Below, piece by piece: positions 37,445 through 47,710 of a stretch of DNA of 64,000 nucleotides. This DNA is from Tepidisphaera sp. GTDB lineage: Bacteria > Planctomycetota > Phycisphaerae > Phycisphaerales > UBA1924. Below the pieces are notes generated by a model. The model searched no databases. It worked only from the letters and a program-made list of their open reading frames with translations, and was not told where the DNA came from. How positions within the stretch are numbered: position 1 is the stretch's first letter; every line of letters starts with the position of its first letter. Position numbers and translations under genes: made by a program. The stretch lies in contig CP051526.1 of the NCBI GenBank assembly GCA_050916045.1, forward strand, positions 1,376,001 through 1,440,000, given 5' to 3'.

Positions 37445-38218
37445 TTAGCTCACGACCTCGACCGCGACGCCGCGGTTGCGGATCTCGGAGAGCGTTTTGC
37501 TCGGCGAGCCGTCGTCGGTGATGATCATGTCCATCTCGTCGACGGGAGCGAAGAACTCGACCGACCGGACGTCAAACTTGCCGGAGTCGATGAGGAGGTA
37601 GGCTTTCTCGCAGACGTCGATCATGCGGCGCTTGATGCCGGCATGCTCATCGGCCGTGACGGAGAGGCCTCGGGCAAGGTCCAGACCGCGGCAGGAGAAG
37701 AAGAGCTTCTGAACGTGGAAGCGTTCGAGGGACTGCTCGGCGAGGGGGCCGACCATCGAGACGCTGGGGCGGTCGAGGATGCCGCCGGTGATGATCACGC
37801 GGACGGAGGACTTGTCGATGAGAGCCGAAGCGATGGGGAGCGCGTTGGTCACGACGGTGATCGCGATGTCGGGGATGACCTTGGCGAGCTCGTGAGCCGT
37901 CGAGCTGGCATCCAAGGCGATGACGTCGCCGGGGGCGATCTCGCGGACAGCCCGGCGGGCGATGGCCCGCTTGAACTCGAGGTTGACGGTCTCGCGGACG
38001 TCTAGGGGAAGCTCGCGGCGGTCGGTCTCGACGGCCATGGCCCCGCCGTGCGTGCGCACAAGCTTGCCCTCGGCGTCCAGACGCTCGAGGTCGCGGCGGA
38101 TGGTCTCCTGAGTGACCGATAATTCGCTGGCGAGCTGGGCCACCCGGACCCCGCCGACGGCGGAGAGGCGGGCAAGAATCTCCCGGTGCCGTTCCGATGC
38201 CAACATGGTCGCGGACAT
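37445..38218 (-). CDS. DeoR/GlpR transcriptional regulator
   Basis: ERHREIL...LA.ELSV..ETIRRDL..L....RTHGGA; LDASST, VVTNAL. Confidence 0.93.
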   Translation of the reverse strand: MSATMLASERHREILARLSAVGGVRVAQLASELSVTQETIRRDLERLDAEGKLVRTHGGAMAVETDRRELPLDVRETVNLEFKRAIARRAVREIAPGDVIALDASSTAHELAKVIPDIAITVVTNALPIASALIDKSSVRVIITGGILDRPSVSMVGPLAEQSLERFHVQKLFFSCRGLDLARGLSVTADEHAGIKRRMIDVCEKAYLLIDSGKFDVRSVEFFAPVDEMDMIITDDGSPSKTLSEIRNRGVAVEVVS

Positions 38219-38329
38219 ACGTCTCTCCAAAGCTGGTGAAGCAAGAGGGCTCGAAAGGCCTATCCTTGCTGTGATTCTTTCTGATCTGGTGGGAGTTCTC
38301 GCTCTCCGCCTTTGGTTCGGAGCACAAGC

Positions 38330-40561
38330 ATGCCCGGTTCCCCGCAATCCGTCGCAACTCCCAACTTTAGGCACGTGACCTTCGGGTGGGATTCTCCCAC
38401 AACTCCACAGATCGGAGACGAGGTCGCCGAACTGATCCGGCGGTCGAACCTGCTCGGCTCGGACCAACGCATCACCAATACCGGCGGCGGAAACACGTCG
38501 GCGAAGATCGAGCAGCCGGACCCGATCACCGGAAAGCCGGTGCGGGTGCTTTGGGTCAAGGGGTCCGGCGGGGACCTGCGGACGGCGACGAAAGCGAACT
38601 TCGCTTCGCTGGACCTTGCGGCGGTCGAGCGGCTTGAAGCGGTGTATGCGAAAGCGGCGTCCGAGGGGAAAGCCGGGGCGAAGACGCCGATCGAGGACTG
38701 GATGGTCGGGGCGTATCCACACTGCACGTTCAATCTGAACCCGTGCGTCGCGTCGATCGACACGCCGCTTCACGCGTTTGTCCCGGCGGCCCACGTCGAC
38801 CACACGCACCCCAACGCGGTGATCGCGGTCGCGGCGAGCAAAGACGGGAAAGCCCTGACGAAGGAGATCTGGGGCGGAGAGGTCGGCTGGGTGGACTGGC
38901 AGCGGCCCGGGTTTGACCTTGGTCTCAAGATCCGCGAGGAGATCGCGCGGAACTCGAAGAACGGCCCTGGGATCAAGGGCATCGTCATGGGTCAGCACGG
39001 CCTGATCAACTGGGGTGACACGGGGTATGCCTGCTATGTGAACTCGCTGGACCTGATCGAGCGGGCGGCGCGGTACCTTGAGTCGAAGGATCGCGGGAGC
39101 AAGACCTTCGGCGGGACCAAGTACGAGGACATCGCGGGGGCGAGGCGAGAGGAACTGCTTGCGGAACTGCTGCCGTGGCTTCGCGGCAAGGTTTCGGGCA
39201 AGGCGCGGTTCTTCGGCACGGTGGAGCACCGGGCGGAGATCCTGCGGTTTGTGAACAGCCATGACGCGGCCCGGCTCGCTGAGCTTGGCACGTCATGTCC
39301 GGACCACTTCCTTCGCACGAAGATCAAGCCGCTTTTCGTCGATTGGAACCCGGCGACGGGGACGCTTGACTCGCTGAAAGCGATGATCGAGCAGGGGCTG
39401 ACGCAGTACCGCAAGGACTACGCGGCGTATTACGAGCGTTGCAAGCGGCCGGACAGCCCGGCGATGCGCGACCCCAACCCGACGGTCGTGCTGGTGCCGG
39501 GCTTGGGGATGATCGCGTGGGGAAAGACCAAGAGCGAAAGCCGTGTGACGGCTGAGTTCTACTGCTGCGCGGTCGAGGTGATGAAGGGGGCGGAAGCCAT
39601 CGGCGGGTACATCGCCCTGCCGCAGCAGGAAGCGTTCGACATCGAGTACTGGCTTCTTGAGGAAGCCAAGCTCAAGCGCATGCCGGCCGAGAAGGAGCTC
39701 GCGCGGCACATCGCGATCGTGGTGGGTGCCGGCAACGGCATCGGCCGCGTGACGGCGCAGCGGCTTGCGAAGGACGGCGCGCACATCGTGTGCGCCGATC
39801 TGGTGGAATCGGCGGCGAAGGGCGCTGCGGAAGACTTGACGAAGATCCACGGGACGGGGATCGGAGTGGCGGGGTCGGGGGTGTCAAGCTGCGGCCCCGC
39901 GACGAGCGCGGCGGTGGATGTGACCGATCGCGAGAGCGTGCGTGCGATGCTGCGGCACGCGGTGCTCGCGTACGGCGGGATCGACACGGTCGTCGTGACG
40001 GCGGGCGTGTACATCGCTCCCGGCGCGGACGGCCGCGTGACGGACGACCAGTGGCGGACGACGTACGAGGTGAACGTACGCGGGATGGCGGTGGTGGCCG
40101 AGGAAGCCGCTCGCGTCTTCAAGGCGCAGGGCCTTCGCGGGTCGATCGTGCTGACGACGAGCGTCAACGGCGTGGTTCCCAAGAAGGGGAGCTTGGCGTA
40201 CGACACGAGCAAAGCGGCGGCGAACCACCTGGTGCGCGAGCTTGCGATCGAGCTTGCGCCGCTTGTCCGGGTGAACGGCGTGGCGCCCGCGACGGTGGTG
40301 GAGGGTTCGACGATGTTCCCGCGCGACCGGGTGATCGCTTCGCTGGTCAAGTACAACATCCCGTTCACGGAGATGGACAGCACGGACGGGCTTCGGAGCA
40401 AGCTGGCCGAGTTTTACGCCCAGCGGACGCTTCTTCGGACGCCGATCACGCCGTCGGATCAGGCGGAAGCGGTGCATTTCCTGGCTTCGGAGCGATCGGC
40501 TCGGACGACGGGCCAGATCATCAATGTGGACGGCGGGCTTCACGAAGCGTTCCAACGGTAG
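38330..40561 (+). CDS. rhaEW: Bifunctional rhamnulose-1-phosphate aldolase / short-chain dehydrogenase
   Basis: GGGNTSAK, SIDTPLH, HTHP, CPDHFLRTK, FDIEYWLLEEAKL, GAGNGIG, Y..SK, NVDGG. Confidence 0.88.
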   Translation: MPGSPQSVATPNFRHVTFGWDSPTTPQIGDEVAELIRRSNLLGSDQRITNTGGGNTSAKIEQPDPITGKPVRVLWVKGSGGDLRTATKANFASLDLAAVERLEAVYAKAASEGKAGAKTPIEDWMVGAYPHCTFNLNPCVASIDTPLHAFVPAAHVDHTHPNAVIAVAASKDGKALTKEIWGGEVGWVDWQRPGFDLGLKIREEIARNSKNGPGIKGIVMGQHGLINWGDTGYACYVNSLDLIERAARYLESKDRGSKTFGGTKYEDIAGARREELLAELLPWLRGKVSGKARFFGTVEHRAEILRFVNSHDAARLAELGTSCPDHFLRTKIKPLFVDWNPATGTLDSLKAMIEQGLTQYRKDYAAYYERCKRPDSPAMRDPNPTVVLVPGLGMIAWGKTKSESRVTAEFYCCAVEVMKGAEAIGGYIALPQQEAFDIEYWLLEEAKLKRMPAEKELARHIAIVVGAGNGIGRVTAQRLAKDGAHIVCADLVESAAKGAAEDLTKIHGTGIGVAGSGVSSCGPATSAAVDVTDRESVRAMLRHAVLAYGGIDTVVVTAGVYIAPGADGRVTDDQWRTTYEVNVRGMAVVAEEAARVFKAQGLRGSIVLTTSVNGVVPKKGSLAYDTSKAAANHLVRELAIELAPLVRVNGVAPATVVEGSTMFPRDRVIASLVKYNIPFTEMDSTDGLRSKLAEFYAQRTLLRTPITPSDQAEAVHFLASERSARTTGQIINVDGGLHEAFQR

Positions 40562-40578
40562 AAGCGCGAGAGCGAGCC

Positions 40579-42066
40579 ATGGCGACGACGGTGCATCTCG
40601 CGATCGATCTGGGGGCCGAGTCCGGTCGCGCGGTGGTCGGCGTGCTCTCGGACGGTGTGCTTGAGACCGCGGAGGTGCACCGGTTCGCGCACGCTCCAAG
40701 GTCGGTGTCGGGCGGGCTTTTCTGGGATCTGGATCTGCTCTGGCGCGAGATTCGGGCGGGGCTTGCGGCTGCGGGCGCGTGGTGCAAGGGGCGCGGGGTT
40801 TCGCTCGCCACAGTGGGCGTCGACACGTGGGGCGTGGATTACGCGCTGGTGGACGCGGCGGGGGAGCTGCTGGAATCGCCCCGGTGCTATCGCGATCCGC
40901 GGAACGCAGCGGCGTACGAGCGCGTGCTGGCCGAGGTGGGAGAAGAGACGATCTATGCCGCGACGGGCATCCAGTTCATGGCGTTGAACACGCTGTATCA
41001 GCTGGCGGCTACGAAGCAGGAGACGCCGGACCTGCTGCGGCGTGCGTCGCGGCTTTTGTTCATGCCGGATCTGTTCCATTTCATGCTCACGGGCGAAATG
41101 AAGACGGAGCGGTCGATCGCATCGACGAGCCAGATGCTGGACCCGACGACGGGCACGTGGGCAACTTCGCTGCTGGAGCGGTGCGGCATTCCCGGGCGGA
41201 TCCTTGGCGAGCCGGTGGATGCGGGGACGGTGGTGGGCGCGGTCAAGCGGAGCGTCCTGGACGAAGCGGGCGTCGCGGGCCCGGTGCTTGTGGTGACGCC
41301 CGCGGCGCACGACACGGCTTCCGCGGTCGCCGCTGTTCCGGCCGGGCCCGGGCCTTGGGCGTACCTGTCGAGTGGGACGTGGTCGCTGATGGGCGTGGAG
41401 CTTTCTACGCCGATTCTGAGCGAGCAGGCCCGCAGGGCGCCGTTCACGAACGAGCTTGGCGTCGGGCGCTCGGTGCGGTTCCTCAAGAATATCGCGGGGC
41501 TCTGGCTGCTCCAGGAGACGCGGCGGGATCTGGCCGAGCTCGGTGAGTCGAAGGACTACGCGGAGCTTGCACGCGAAGCGGAGGCTTCGCCCGCGTTTCG
41601 CACGCTGATCGACCCGGATCGGGCCGAGTTCGCCGCGCCGGGCGGGATGATCGGGAAGATCCAGGCGTTCGCCAGGGCGACGGGGCAGCCCGAGCCGCGG
41701 ACTTCGGGCGAGCTTGCACGGAGCTGTGTCGACAGCTTGGCGTTGGCGTACGGCCGGGTGGGTGAGAAGCTGAGGGCGGTGACCGGAACAACGCCGGAAA
41801 CGCTTCATGTCGTGGGCGGAGGGGGCCGTAACGCGCTTCTGAATCAGCTTACAGCGGACGCCACGGGCATGAATGTCGCGGTGGGGCCCTACGAAGCGAC
41901 CTCGACGGGGAATCTGCTGATCCAGGCGATGGGTGTTGGAGCCGTGGGTGGGATCGGCGAACTTCGGCGGATTTCTGCCCGCGCGTGTTCGGTCCAACAT
42001 GTTCGCCCCAGCGAGAATGATGCTGCGCGGGACGCCGCCCGGCGGTATGCTGAGCTGACGCCCTGA
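40579..42066 (+). CDS. rhaB: Rhamnulokinase (FGGY family)
   Basis: IDLGAESGR, DTWGVDY, TGIQFM..NTLYQL, HDTASAV, SSGTWSL, FTNE.G, LKNI.GLW. Confidence 0.9.
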   Translation: MATTVHLAIDLGAESGRAVVGVLSDGVLETAEVHRFAHAPRSVSGGLFWDLDLLWREIRAGLAAAGAWCKGRGVSLATVGVDTWGVDYALVDAAGELLESPRCYRDPRNAAAYERVLAEVGEETIYAATGIQFMALNTLYQLAATKQETPDLLRRASRLLFMPDLFHFMLTGEMKTERSIASTSQMLDPTTGTWATSLLERCGIPGRILGEPVDAGTVVGAVKRSVLDEAGVAGPVLVVTPAAHDTASAVAAVPAGPGPWAYLSSGTWSLMGVELSTPILSEQARRAPFTNELGVGRSVRFLKNIAGLWLLQETRRDLAELGESKDYAELAREAEASPAFRTLIDPDRAEFAAPGGMIGKIQAFARATGQPEPRTSGELARSCVDSLALAYGRVGEKLRAVTGTTPETLHVVGGGGRNALLNQLTADATGMNVAVGPYEATSTGNLLIQAMGVGAVGGIGELRRISARACSVQHVRPSENDAARDAARRYAELTP

Positions 42067-42085
42067 CCCGAGGATGCGCGCCTGA

Positions 42086-42868
42086 ATGACCCCACACGGC
42101 ACTTCCAACCCGGCATCCAACCCCCTGCGTGACCTTGTCGACCTTTCGAACCGGCTCGGCCGGCCCGAAGCCAATCTCACGATCATCGGCGAGGGGAACA
42201 CGTCGACGTGGTGCGATGACGACACGTTCTGGGTGAAAGCGAGCGGCCGCGAGCTTCGCACGGTGACGGACAACGACTTCGTCCGGCTTTCCGTCGCGCG
42301 GGTGCTCGCGATGCTCGAGGGTCCTGAGCCATCGGACGAGCAGGTGACGCAGTGGCTTTCTCGTTGCCACGCGGACGGTCCGAGCCTGCTTCGTCCTTCG
42401 ACGGAAGCGTTGCTCCACGCGATCTGCCTGCAGGTGCCGGGCGTTCGGTGGGTGGCACACACGCACCCGGTCGCGATCAACGCGCTGTTGTGCTCCAAGT
42501 CGTACGAGCGATTTGGAGCGATGCGTCTGTTTCCAGATCACGTGGTGGTGTGCGGAGCGATCCCGCTGATGCTCCCGTACTACGACCCGGGCGTGCTCCT
42601 GGCCCGCGAGCTTTCGCGGCGCCTGGGCGAGTATCTGGCGCAGTATGGGACGTACCCGCGCGAGATCCTGCTCCAGAATCACGGGCTGATCGCGCTGGGC
42701 AAGTCGGCCCGCGACGCCGAGAACATCACGCTGATGGCGGTGAAAGCGGCGACGATCCTGCACGGCTCGATGGATTTCGGCGGGCCGCACGCGATGAGCA
42801 TGCTGGACATCAACCGCATCGCCTCCCGGACCGACGAGCACTACCGCCAGCGCATGTTCGGGCAGTGA
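42086..42868 (+). CDS. Class II aldolase/adducin family protein
   Basis: GEGNTS, VKASG, PSTEALLH, HTHP, LQNHG. Confidence 0.88.
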   Translation: MTPHGTSNPASNPLRDLVDLSNRLGRPEANLTIIGEGNTSTWCDDDTFWVKASGRELRTVTDNDFVRLSVARVLAMLEGPEPSDEQVTQWLSRCHADGPSLLRPSTEALLHAICLQVPGVRWVAHTHPVAINALLCSKSYERFGAMRLFPDHVVVCGAIPLMLPYYDPGVLLARELSRRLGEYLAQYGTYPREILLQNHGLIALGKSARDAENITLMAVKAATILHGSMDFGGPHAMSMLDINRIASRTDEHYRQRMFGQ

Positions 42869-42957
42869 CGCCGGGCTGGCGTGACGGCATTCGGCGCGGT
42901 ATGCTCGCCACTTCAAATCCAGGCGCCCTCGGTTCCACGCCGTTTCCGGAGTCATCC

Positions 42958-43956
42958 ATGAGACTTTCCATCGCCGCTTCCGCTTTCGCACTCCTCTCCG
43001 TCGGCCTTGCGGCTTGCGATCAGAAAGCAAACGCCCCCAAGCCGGCCGGCGCGGCGAACGCGCCGGCCAAGCTCCGCGTCGCGGTGATCCCCAAGGGCAC
43101 CACGCACGAGTTCTGGAAGGGTGTCGAGCGCGGAGCCAAGAAAGCCGGGGATGAGCTTGGCGTTGAGATCCTCTGGAAGGGTCCGCCGAAGGAGGACGAC
43201 ACGGCTCAGCAGATCCAGGTCGTGCAGCAGTTCGTGACCGACAAGGTGTCGGCGATCGTGCTCGCCCCGCTGAACGACACGGCGCTCCTCGGACAGGTCC
43301 AGCAAGCGTCCGCGGCGGGCATTCCCGTCGCGATCATCGATTCGGCCCTGAAAGGCGAAGCGGGCAAGGACTTCATCGGTTACTACGGCACCGACAACCG
43401 CGCGGCCGGAGCTTCGGGCGGCAAGCACCTCGCCTCGATCATCAAAGCCGCCGGCGGGACGTCGGCGGTGCTGCTGCGGTACACCTCCGGATCCGCGAGC
43501 ACGAACCAGCGCGAGGAGGGAGCGCTCGAAGCTCTGAAAGCCGGCGGCATCACCATGGCTTCGGACAACCAGTACGGCGAAGTGACGCCCGAATCGGCCA
43601 AGACCAAAGCGTTGCAGATGATCGACACTGTCAAAGCGGCGGGCGGGGTCTTCACGGTCAACGAATCGACCACGCTCGGCATGCTGCTCGCGCTTCGCCA
43701 AGCCGGCCTCGCGGGCAAGATCCAGTTCGTCGGGTTTGACGCCAGCCCGCCCTTGGTCGAAGCACTGCGTGCGGGCGAGATCCATGCGCTGGTCGTGCAG
43801 AACCCCGAACGGATGGGGGAGATCGGCGTGCAGCAAGCGGTCCGCAAGGCTCGGGGTGAGACCGCCGAGATTGCGATCGACACCGGAGCCGTGCTTGTGA
43901 CCAAGGAGAACATGGAGTCGCCCGAGGTCAAGAGCCTGTTGCCCGCGGCGAAGTGA
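42958..43956 (+). CDS. Sugar ABC substrate-binding lipoprotein (RbsB-like)
   Basis: LAAC lipobox, PKGTTHEFW, TDN..AG, ST..RE.G, VGFD, QNP..MG. Confidence 0.9.
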   Translation: MRLSIAASAFALLSVGLAACDQKANAPKPAGAANAPAKLRVAVIPKGTTHEFWKGVERGAKKAGDELGVEILWKGPPKEDDTAQQIQVVQQFVTDKVSAIVLAPLNDTALLGQVQQASAAGIPVAIIDSALKGEAGKDFIGYYGTDNRAAGASGGKHLASIIKAAGGTSAVLLRYTSGSASTNQREEGALEALKAGGITMASDNQYGEVTPESAKTKALQMIDTVKAAGGVFTVNESTTLGMLLALRQAGLAGKIQFVGFDASPPLVEALRAGEIHALVVQNPERMGEIGVQQAVRKARGETAEIAIDTGAVLVTKENMESPEVKSLLPAAK

Positions 43957-44006
43957 GGGTTCGCGAGATCGGGTAGGATGGTGCGGTCCCCCTGCCGCGT
44001 CGACCT

Positions 44007-45008
44007 ATGCCATCGAAAGTCCGTTCCATCACGAAGATTCTGGCTCCGGCGCTCGCTTTGGCGGCGGTCTGGACGCTTTTCGCGCTGCAGGTGCCCGAGG
44101 GGCGGTTCGCGACGCTTGATAATCAGAAGCTGATGCTGACGCAGACGGCGGTGGTGGGGACGGCGGCGGTGGGGGCGACGCTGATCATCGCGTCGCGGGG
44201 TCTGGATCTGTCGGTGGGTTCGACGATCGCGCTGGGCACGATGATGATCGCGTGGCTCTTGAATCTCGGCTGGTCGCCGTGGCTTGCGGCGCTGGTGGGG
44301 GGCGTTGGCGTGGCGGCGGGGATCGGCGGGGTGATCGGGCTTTTGGTGACGGGTCGTCTGCTGCCCAAGCCGTTGCCGAGGCTGCCGCTTTCGCCGTTCA
44401 TCGTGACGCTTGGGATGCTGAGCATCGTGCGTGGGCTGGCGTCGGGGATCGGCGGGGAGCGGCCGATCTATCCGCCGAGTGGACCGGAGGGCGGCTCGGG
44501 GTTTCTGCCGAAGCTGATGGGGACGTCGGTGGCGTGGCTGCCGCCGGGCGTGTGGATGTTGCTGGTGCTTGCGATCGGGATGTCTCTCCTGCTCCGACGG
44601 ACTGTGCTCGGCCGTCACGCGCTGGCGATCGGGGACAATGAAGCGGCGGCGCGGTACGCGGGCGTGCCGATCGACCGCACGAAGCTTCTGGTCTATGTGA
44701 TCGGCGTGGGGTGTGCGGGGCTGGCGGCGGTGCTTCAGTTCTCGTACCTGACGCTTGGCGATCCGGTAACGGCGAGCGGGATGGAGCTTTCGGTGATCGC
44801 GGCGTGCGTGATCGGCGGAGCGAGCTTGTCGGGCGGGTCGGCGAGCGTGTCGGGGACGCTGATCGGGGCTTTGCTGATGACGGTGGTGGCGAACGGGTGC
44901 ACGAAGCTGAACCTGCCGAACTGGATCCAGATGGTGATCACCGGCGCGATCATCATGACCGCGGTGGCGGTGGATCAGTGGCGAAGGACAAGCACGGGGC
45001 CGCGGTAG
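44007..45008 (+). CDS. Sugar ABC permease (RbsC-like)
   Basis: GLDLSVGS, PFIVTLG, GR...AIG.NE.AA..AGV, EL.VIAA.VIGG.SL.GG. Confidence 0.9.
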   Translation: MPSKVRSITKILAPALALAAVWTLFALQVPEGRFATLDNQKLMLTQTAVVGTAAVGATLIIASRGLDLSVGSTIALGTMMIAWLLNLGWSPWLAALVGGVGVAAGIGGVIGLLVTGRLLPKPLPRLPLSPFIVTLGMLSIVRGLASGIGGERPIYPPSGPEGGSGFLPKLMGTSVAWLPPGVWMLLVLAIGMSLLLRRTVLGRHALAIGDNEAAARYAGVPIDRTKLLVYVIGVGCAGLAAVLQFSYLTLGDPVTASGMELSVIAACVIGGASLSGGSASVSGTLIGALLMTVVANGCTKLNLPNWIQMVITGAIIMTAVAVDQWRRTSTGPR

Positions 45009-45023
45009 GCCCGGTCCGGAGGT

Positions 45024-45245
45024 TCACGGCGTTGGCGTCGAGCCCGGCCCCGCGGGGCGCGAGGCTTTGCCCGCCGCGATCGCGATGAGGGCCACGCCGA
45101 GGGTGAGCATCGTGCCGCGGATGATCCAACCGACGGTCGGGCCCCACATGTCGATCCACGCGAGCAGGATGAACTGCAGGTTGAGGTAGGGAAGCAGCGC
45201 CGAGCCGACCGCGAAAATGATGAGCCACACGCCGATGGACTTCAT
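45024..45245 (-). CDS. Small 2-TM membrane protein
   Basis: AAAGGAGG RBS; two hydrophobic helices around WID.WG. Confidence 0.65.
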   Translation of the reverse strand: MKSIGVWLIIFAVGSALLPYLNLQFILLAWIDMWGPTVGWIIRGTMLTLGVALIAIAAGKASRPAGPGSTPTP

Positions 45246-45337
45246 GGGACCTCCTTTGGCTTGCTCAAGCGTACCAGAATGCGTGAGCTCGGCTGCGGGG
45301 TTCCTCGCTCGGGCCGTGCGGATGGCAACAATGCCCG

Positions 45338-46117
45338 GTGCCCACGCGAACCATGCTCGAAGTTGCCCGGTCGGTCGATGCGACGCCCGATCTGATCCCC
45401 GTGCTCGATGAGCTCTTCGCCGGCATGTCTTCGCTGGGGAGCGCAACGCGGCGGATCGCGACGCTGGTCGAGCGGTTCGCCAGCCCCGGTCGGCGAGCGC
45501 GGGTGCTCGACCTCGCGTGCGGCAAGGGAGCGGTGGGGGTTGAGCTCGCCGCCCGGACGGGTTGCCGCGTCGTGGGGGTGGATGCGTGCCAAGCGTTCCT
45601 CACGGCGGCTCGCGATGCGGCCCAGCGCCGGGGCGTGGTCCACCGCTGTCTCTGGGTCGAGTGCGATGTGCGGACCTTCGCGCGGGACTTCGCCCGAATG
45701 CATCCACGCCCGTACGACGCGGGCATGATGATCGGGCTTTTTCCGCTCGACCAAGCGGCGCGCGTGCTCGGCCCGCTTGTTCGCTCGGGTGGGATTTACA
45801 TCATCGACGATGTCGTGCTCGACCCGAGACACCCCCAGGCACGACGATTCCGAGACGTTCCGGACAAGGAAGCGTGTTCACGGACGATCGAGCGGCTTGG
45901 CGACCGTGTCGAACACCGCGTGCTCCTGCCCCGAGGGGTGATCCTGGCGCAGAGCCGCGCGGTCCTGTCAAGGCTGCGTCGGTCGGCGGCTTCTGTTGCG
46001 GCAAAGCGACCTGACCTCCGTCGCTCGCTCAAAGCGTTTCTCGCCCGGCAAGAGAAAGCCTCGGCGTTGCTTGTCGGCGCACTGCGTCCGACGATCTGGG
46101 TGGTGCGGCGGCTTTGA
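45338..46117 (+). CDS. Class I SAM-dependent methyltransferase
   Basis: VLDLACGKG, GVD, GG.YIID. Confidence 0.8.
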   Translation: MPTRTMLEVARSVDATPDLIPVLDELFAGMSSLGSATRRIATLVERFASPGRRARVLDLACGKGAVGVELAARTGCRVVGVDACQAFLTAARDAAQRRGVVHRCLWVECDVRTFARDFARMHPRPYDAGMMIGLFPLDQAARVLGPLVRSGGIYIIDDVVLDPRHPQARRFRDVPDKEACSRTIERLGDRVEHRVLLPRGVILAQSRAVLSRLRRSAASVAAKRPDLRRSLKAFLARQEKASALLVGALRPTIWVVRRL

Positions 46118-46243
46118 ACTGAGTTCGCCGTGGAGAGGTTTCTGGACGCAGGGAAGCTCGCTTGCAGCGAAAAACCACGGGTGCGGGGGCGAAAATCGTG
46201 CACGGAACCGCCCGTCACGGGCTCGCCCGACTACGCTTCGCCA

Positions 46244-47710
46244 ATGACCGTGCTTGACACCAAAGCGTCCCGCGCGAACCCGGGGAATGCCCTCCGCAGC
46301 GACCCTCGTTTGGACGAGATCCGCCGGAAAGTTCAGGCCGGTGAGCGGCTCAGCCTGGCCGACGGCGACCTGCTCTACACCACCCGCGACATCTACTCCG
46401 TCCTCGAGATGGCCGACAGCGTGCGTCGCCGGTTGCACGGTGACAACGCGTACTACAACATCAACCGCCACCTGAACTACTCCAACGTCTGCGCGCTGTC
46501 GTGCAAGTTCTGCGAGTTCTACCGCAAGAAGGGCGACCCGGGCGAATATACCCGCGACATGGACTACATCCGCGGCGAAGCCCGGAAAGCCGTTGAAGCC
46601 GGGGCCACCGAGATCCACTCCGTCGGCGGCCTCAACCCGTACCTGCCCTTCTCGTACTACACGGACATGATCCGCACGCTCCGCGAGGAAGCCCGGGCTT
46701 TGGGCAGCGACCTGCACGTGAAAGCGTTCACCGCGGTCGAGATCGTCCACCTCGCCAAGATCGCCAAGGTCTACAAGGGCGCCAACGCCCCGGGCGAAGA
46801 GGGCCGCATCGCCCGCCGCGCCGGCATCCGCCACGTGCTCAGCGAGCTGAAAGCCGCGGGCTTGGGCAGCTTGCCCGGCGGCGGCGCCGAGGTCTTTGAC
46901 GACCGCGTGCACGATGAAGCCTACAAGGGCAAGATCCGGTCGGACGTCTGGCTTGATGTTCACACGATCGCCCATGAGCTCGGCCTCAACAGCAACGCGA
47001 CGATCCTGTACGGGCACATCGAGCAGCGGCACGACCGCCTCGTGCACATGGACATGCTCCGCCGCGAGCAGGATGCGGCTCTCGCGCGGCTTGGGTACAC
47101 GGGTGTTCCTTCAGAGCCCGACGCGCCAGCGAGGGTGAATGGCACCCAAGCCGATTTGGCGAGCCTGACCGGAACTGTGGACGATGATGCATTGACGACC
47201 TCCGAGGGCGGCCACCTGGGGTATCGCGAGGGTGCTTCGGATGCGCCGGTGATTACGCTGACGCGGCCGGGGACGCCGCTTCCGGAGCAGCTTGTCTTCG
47301 GCGCGGAATCGCAGCGGCGTGCGGCGGCTTCGGGGTACTACCAGACGATCATCCCGCTTCCGTTCTTTCCCGACGGGTCCGAGCTTGAGCATCTGGCCGG
47401 GCCCTCGGGCCTCGAGAATCTCCGCACGCTTGCGATCTCCCGCCTGATGCTCGACAACTTCCCTCACGTGAAAGCCTTCTGGATCATGCAGACGCTCCCG
47501 ATGGCTCAGCTCATGCTTCAGAGCGGCGCCGACGACATCGACGGCACAATCGTCTGGTACGACATCACGAAGGTGGGCGGGTCTTCGACGCATCAGGAGG
47601 TCAACGTCTGGACGCTTCAGAAAGCGATCCGCGAAGCGGGGTTCGTCCCTGTCGAGCGCGACACGCTGTACCGCCGGGTGAAGCGTGACGGGGTGAAGTG
47701 GAGCGTGTGA
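46244..47710 (+). CDS. mqnE: Aminofutalosine synthase (radical SAM) with ~85-aa insertion
   Basis: NRHLNYSNVCALSCKFC, H.VGGL.P, HVKAFTAVEI, LPGGGAEVF, SNAT.LYGHIE, HVKAFW, GADDIDGT, VERDTLY. Confidence 0.85.
   Translation: MTVLDTKASRANPGNALRSDPRLDEIRRKVQAGERLSLADGDLLYTTRDIYSVLEMADSVRRRLHGDNAYYNINRHLNYSNVCALSCKFCEFYRKKGDPGEYTRDMDYIRGEARKAVEAGATEIHSVGGLNPYLPFSYYTDMIRTLREEARALGSDLHVKAFTAVEIVHLAKIAKVYKGANAPGEEGRIARRAGIRHVLSELKAAGLGSLPGGGAEVFDDRVHDEAYKGKIRSDVWLDVHTIAHELGLNSNATILYGHIEQRHDRLVHMDMLRREQDAALARLGYTGVPSEPDAPARVNGTQADLASLTGTVDDDALTTSEGGHLGYREGASDAPVITLTRPGTPLPEQLVFGAESQRRAAASGYYQTIIPLPFFPDGSELEHLAGPSGLENLRTLAISRLMLDNFPHVKAFWIMQTLPMAQLMLQSGADDIDGTIVWYDITKVGGSSTHQEVNVWTLQKAIREAGFVPVERDTLYRRVKRDGVKWSV
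47110..47136 (+). repeat. REP-like 27-mer embedded in frame in mqnE
   Basis: Exact match to the reverse complement of intergenic 34690-34716. Confidence 0.8.

Noticed and set aside
38219..38329. DeoR operator in the divergent promoter
   Set aside because: A site is expected here, but I could not identify a convincing repeat or palindrome by eye.
47075..47332. Intein in MqnE
   Set aside because: No N-terminal Cys/Ser block or C-terminal His-Asn followed by Cys/Ser/Thr, and it is too short.
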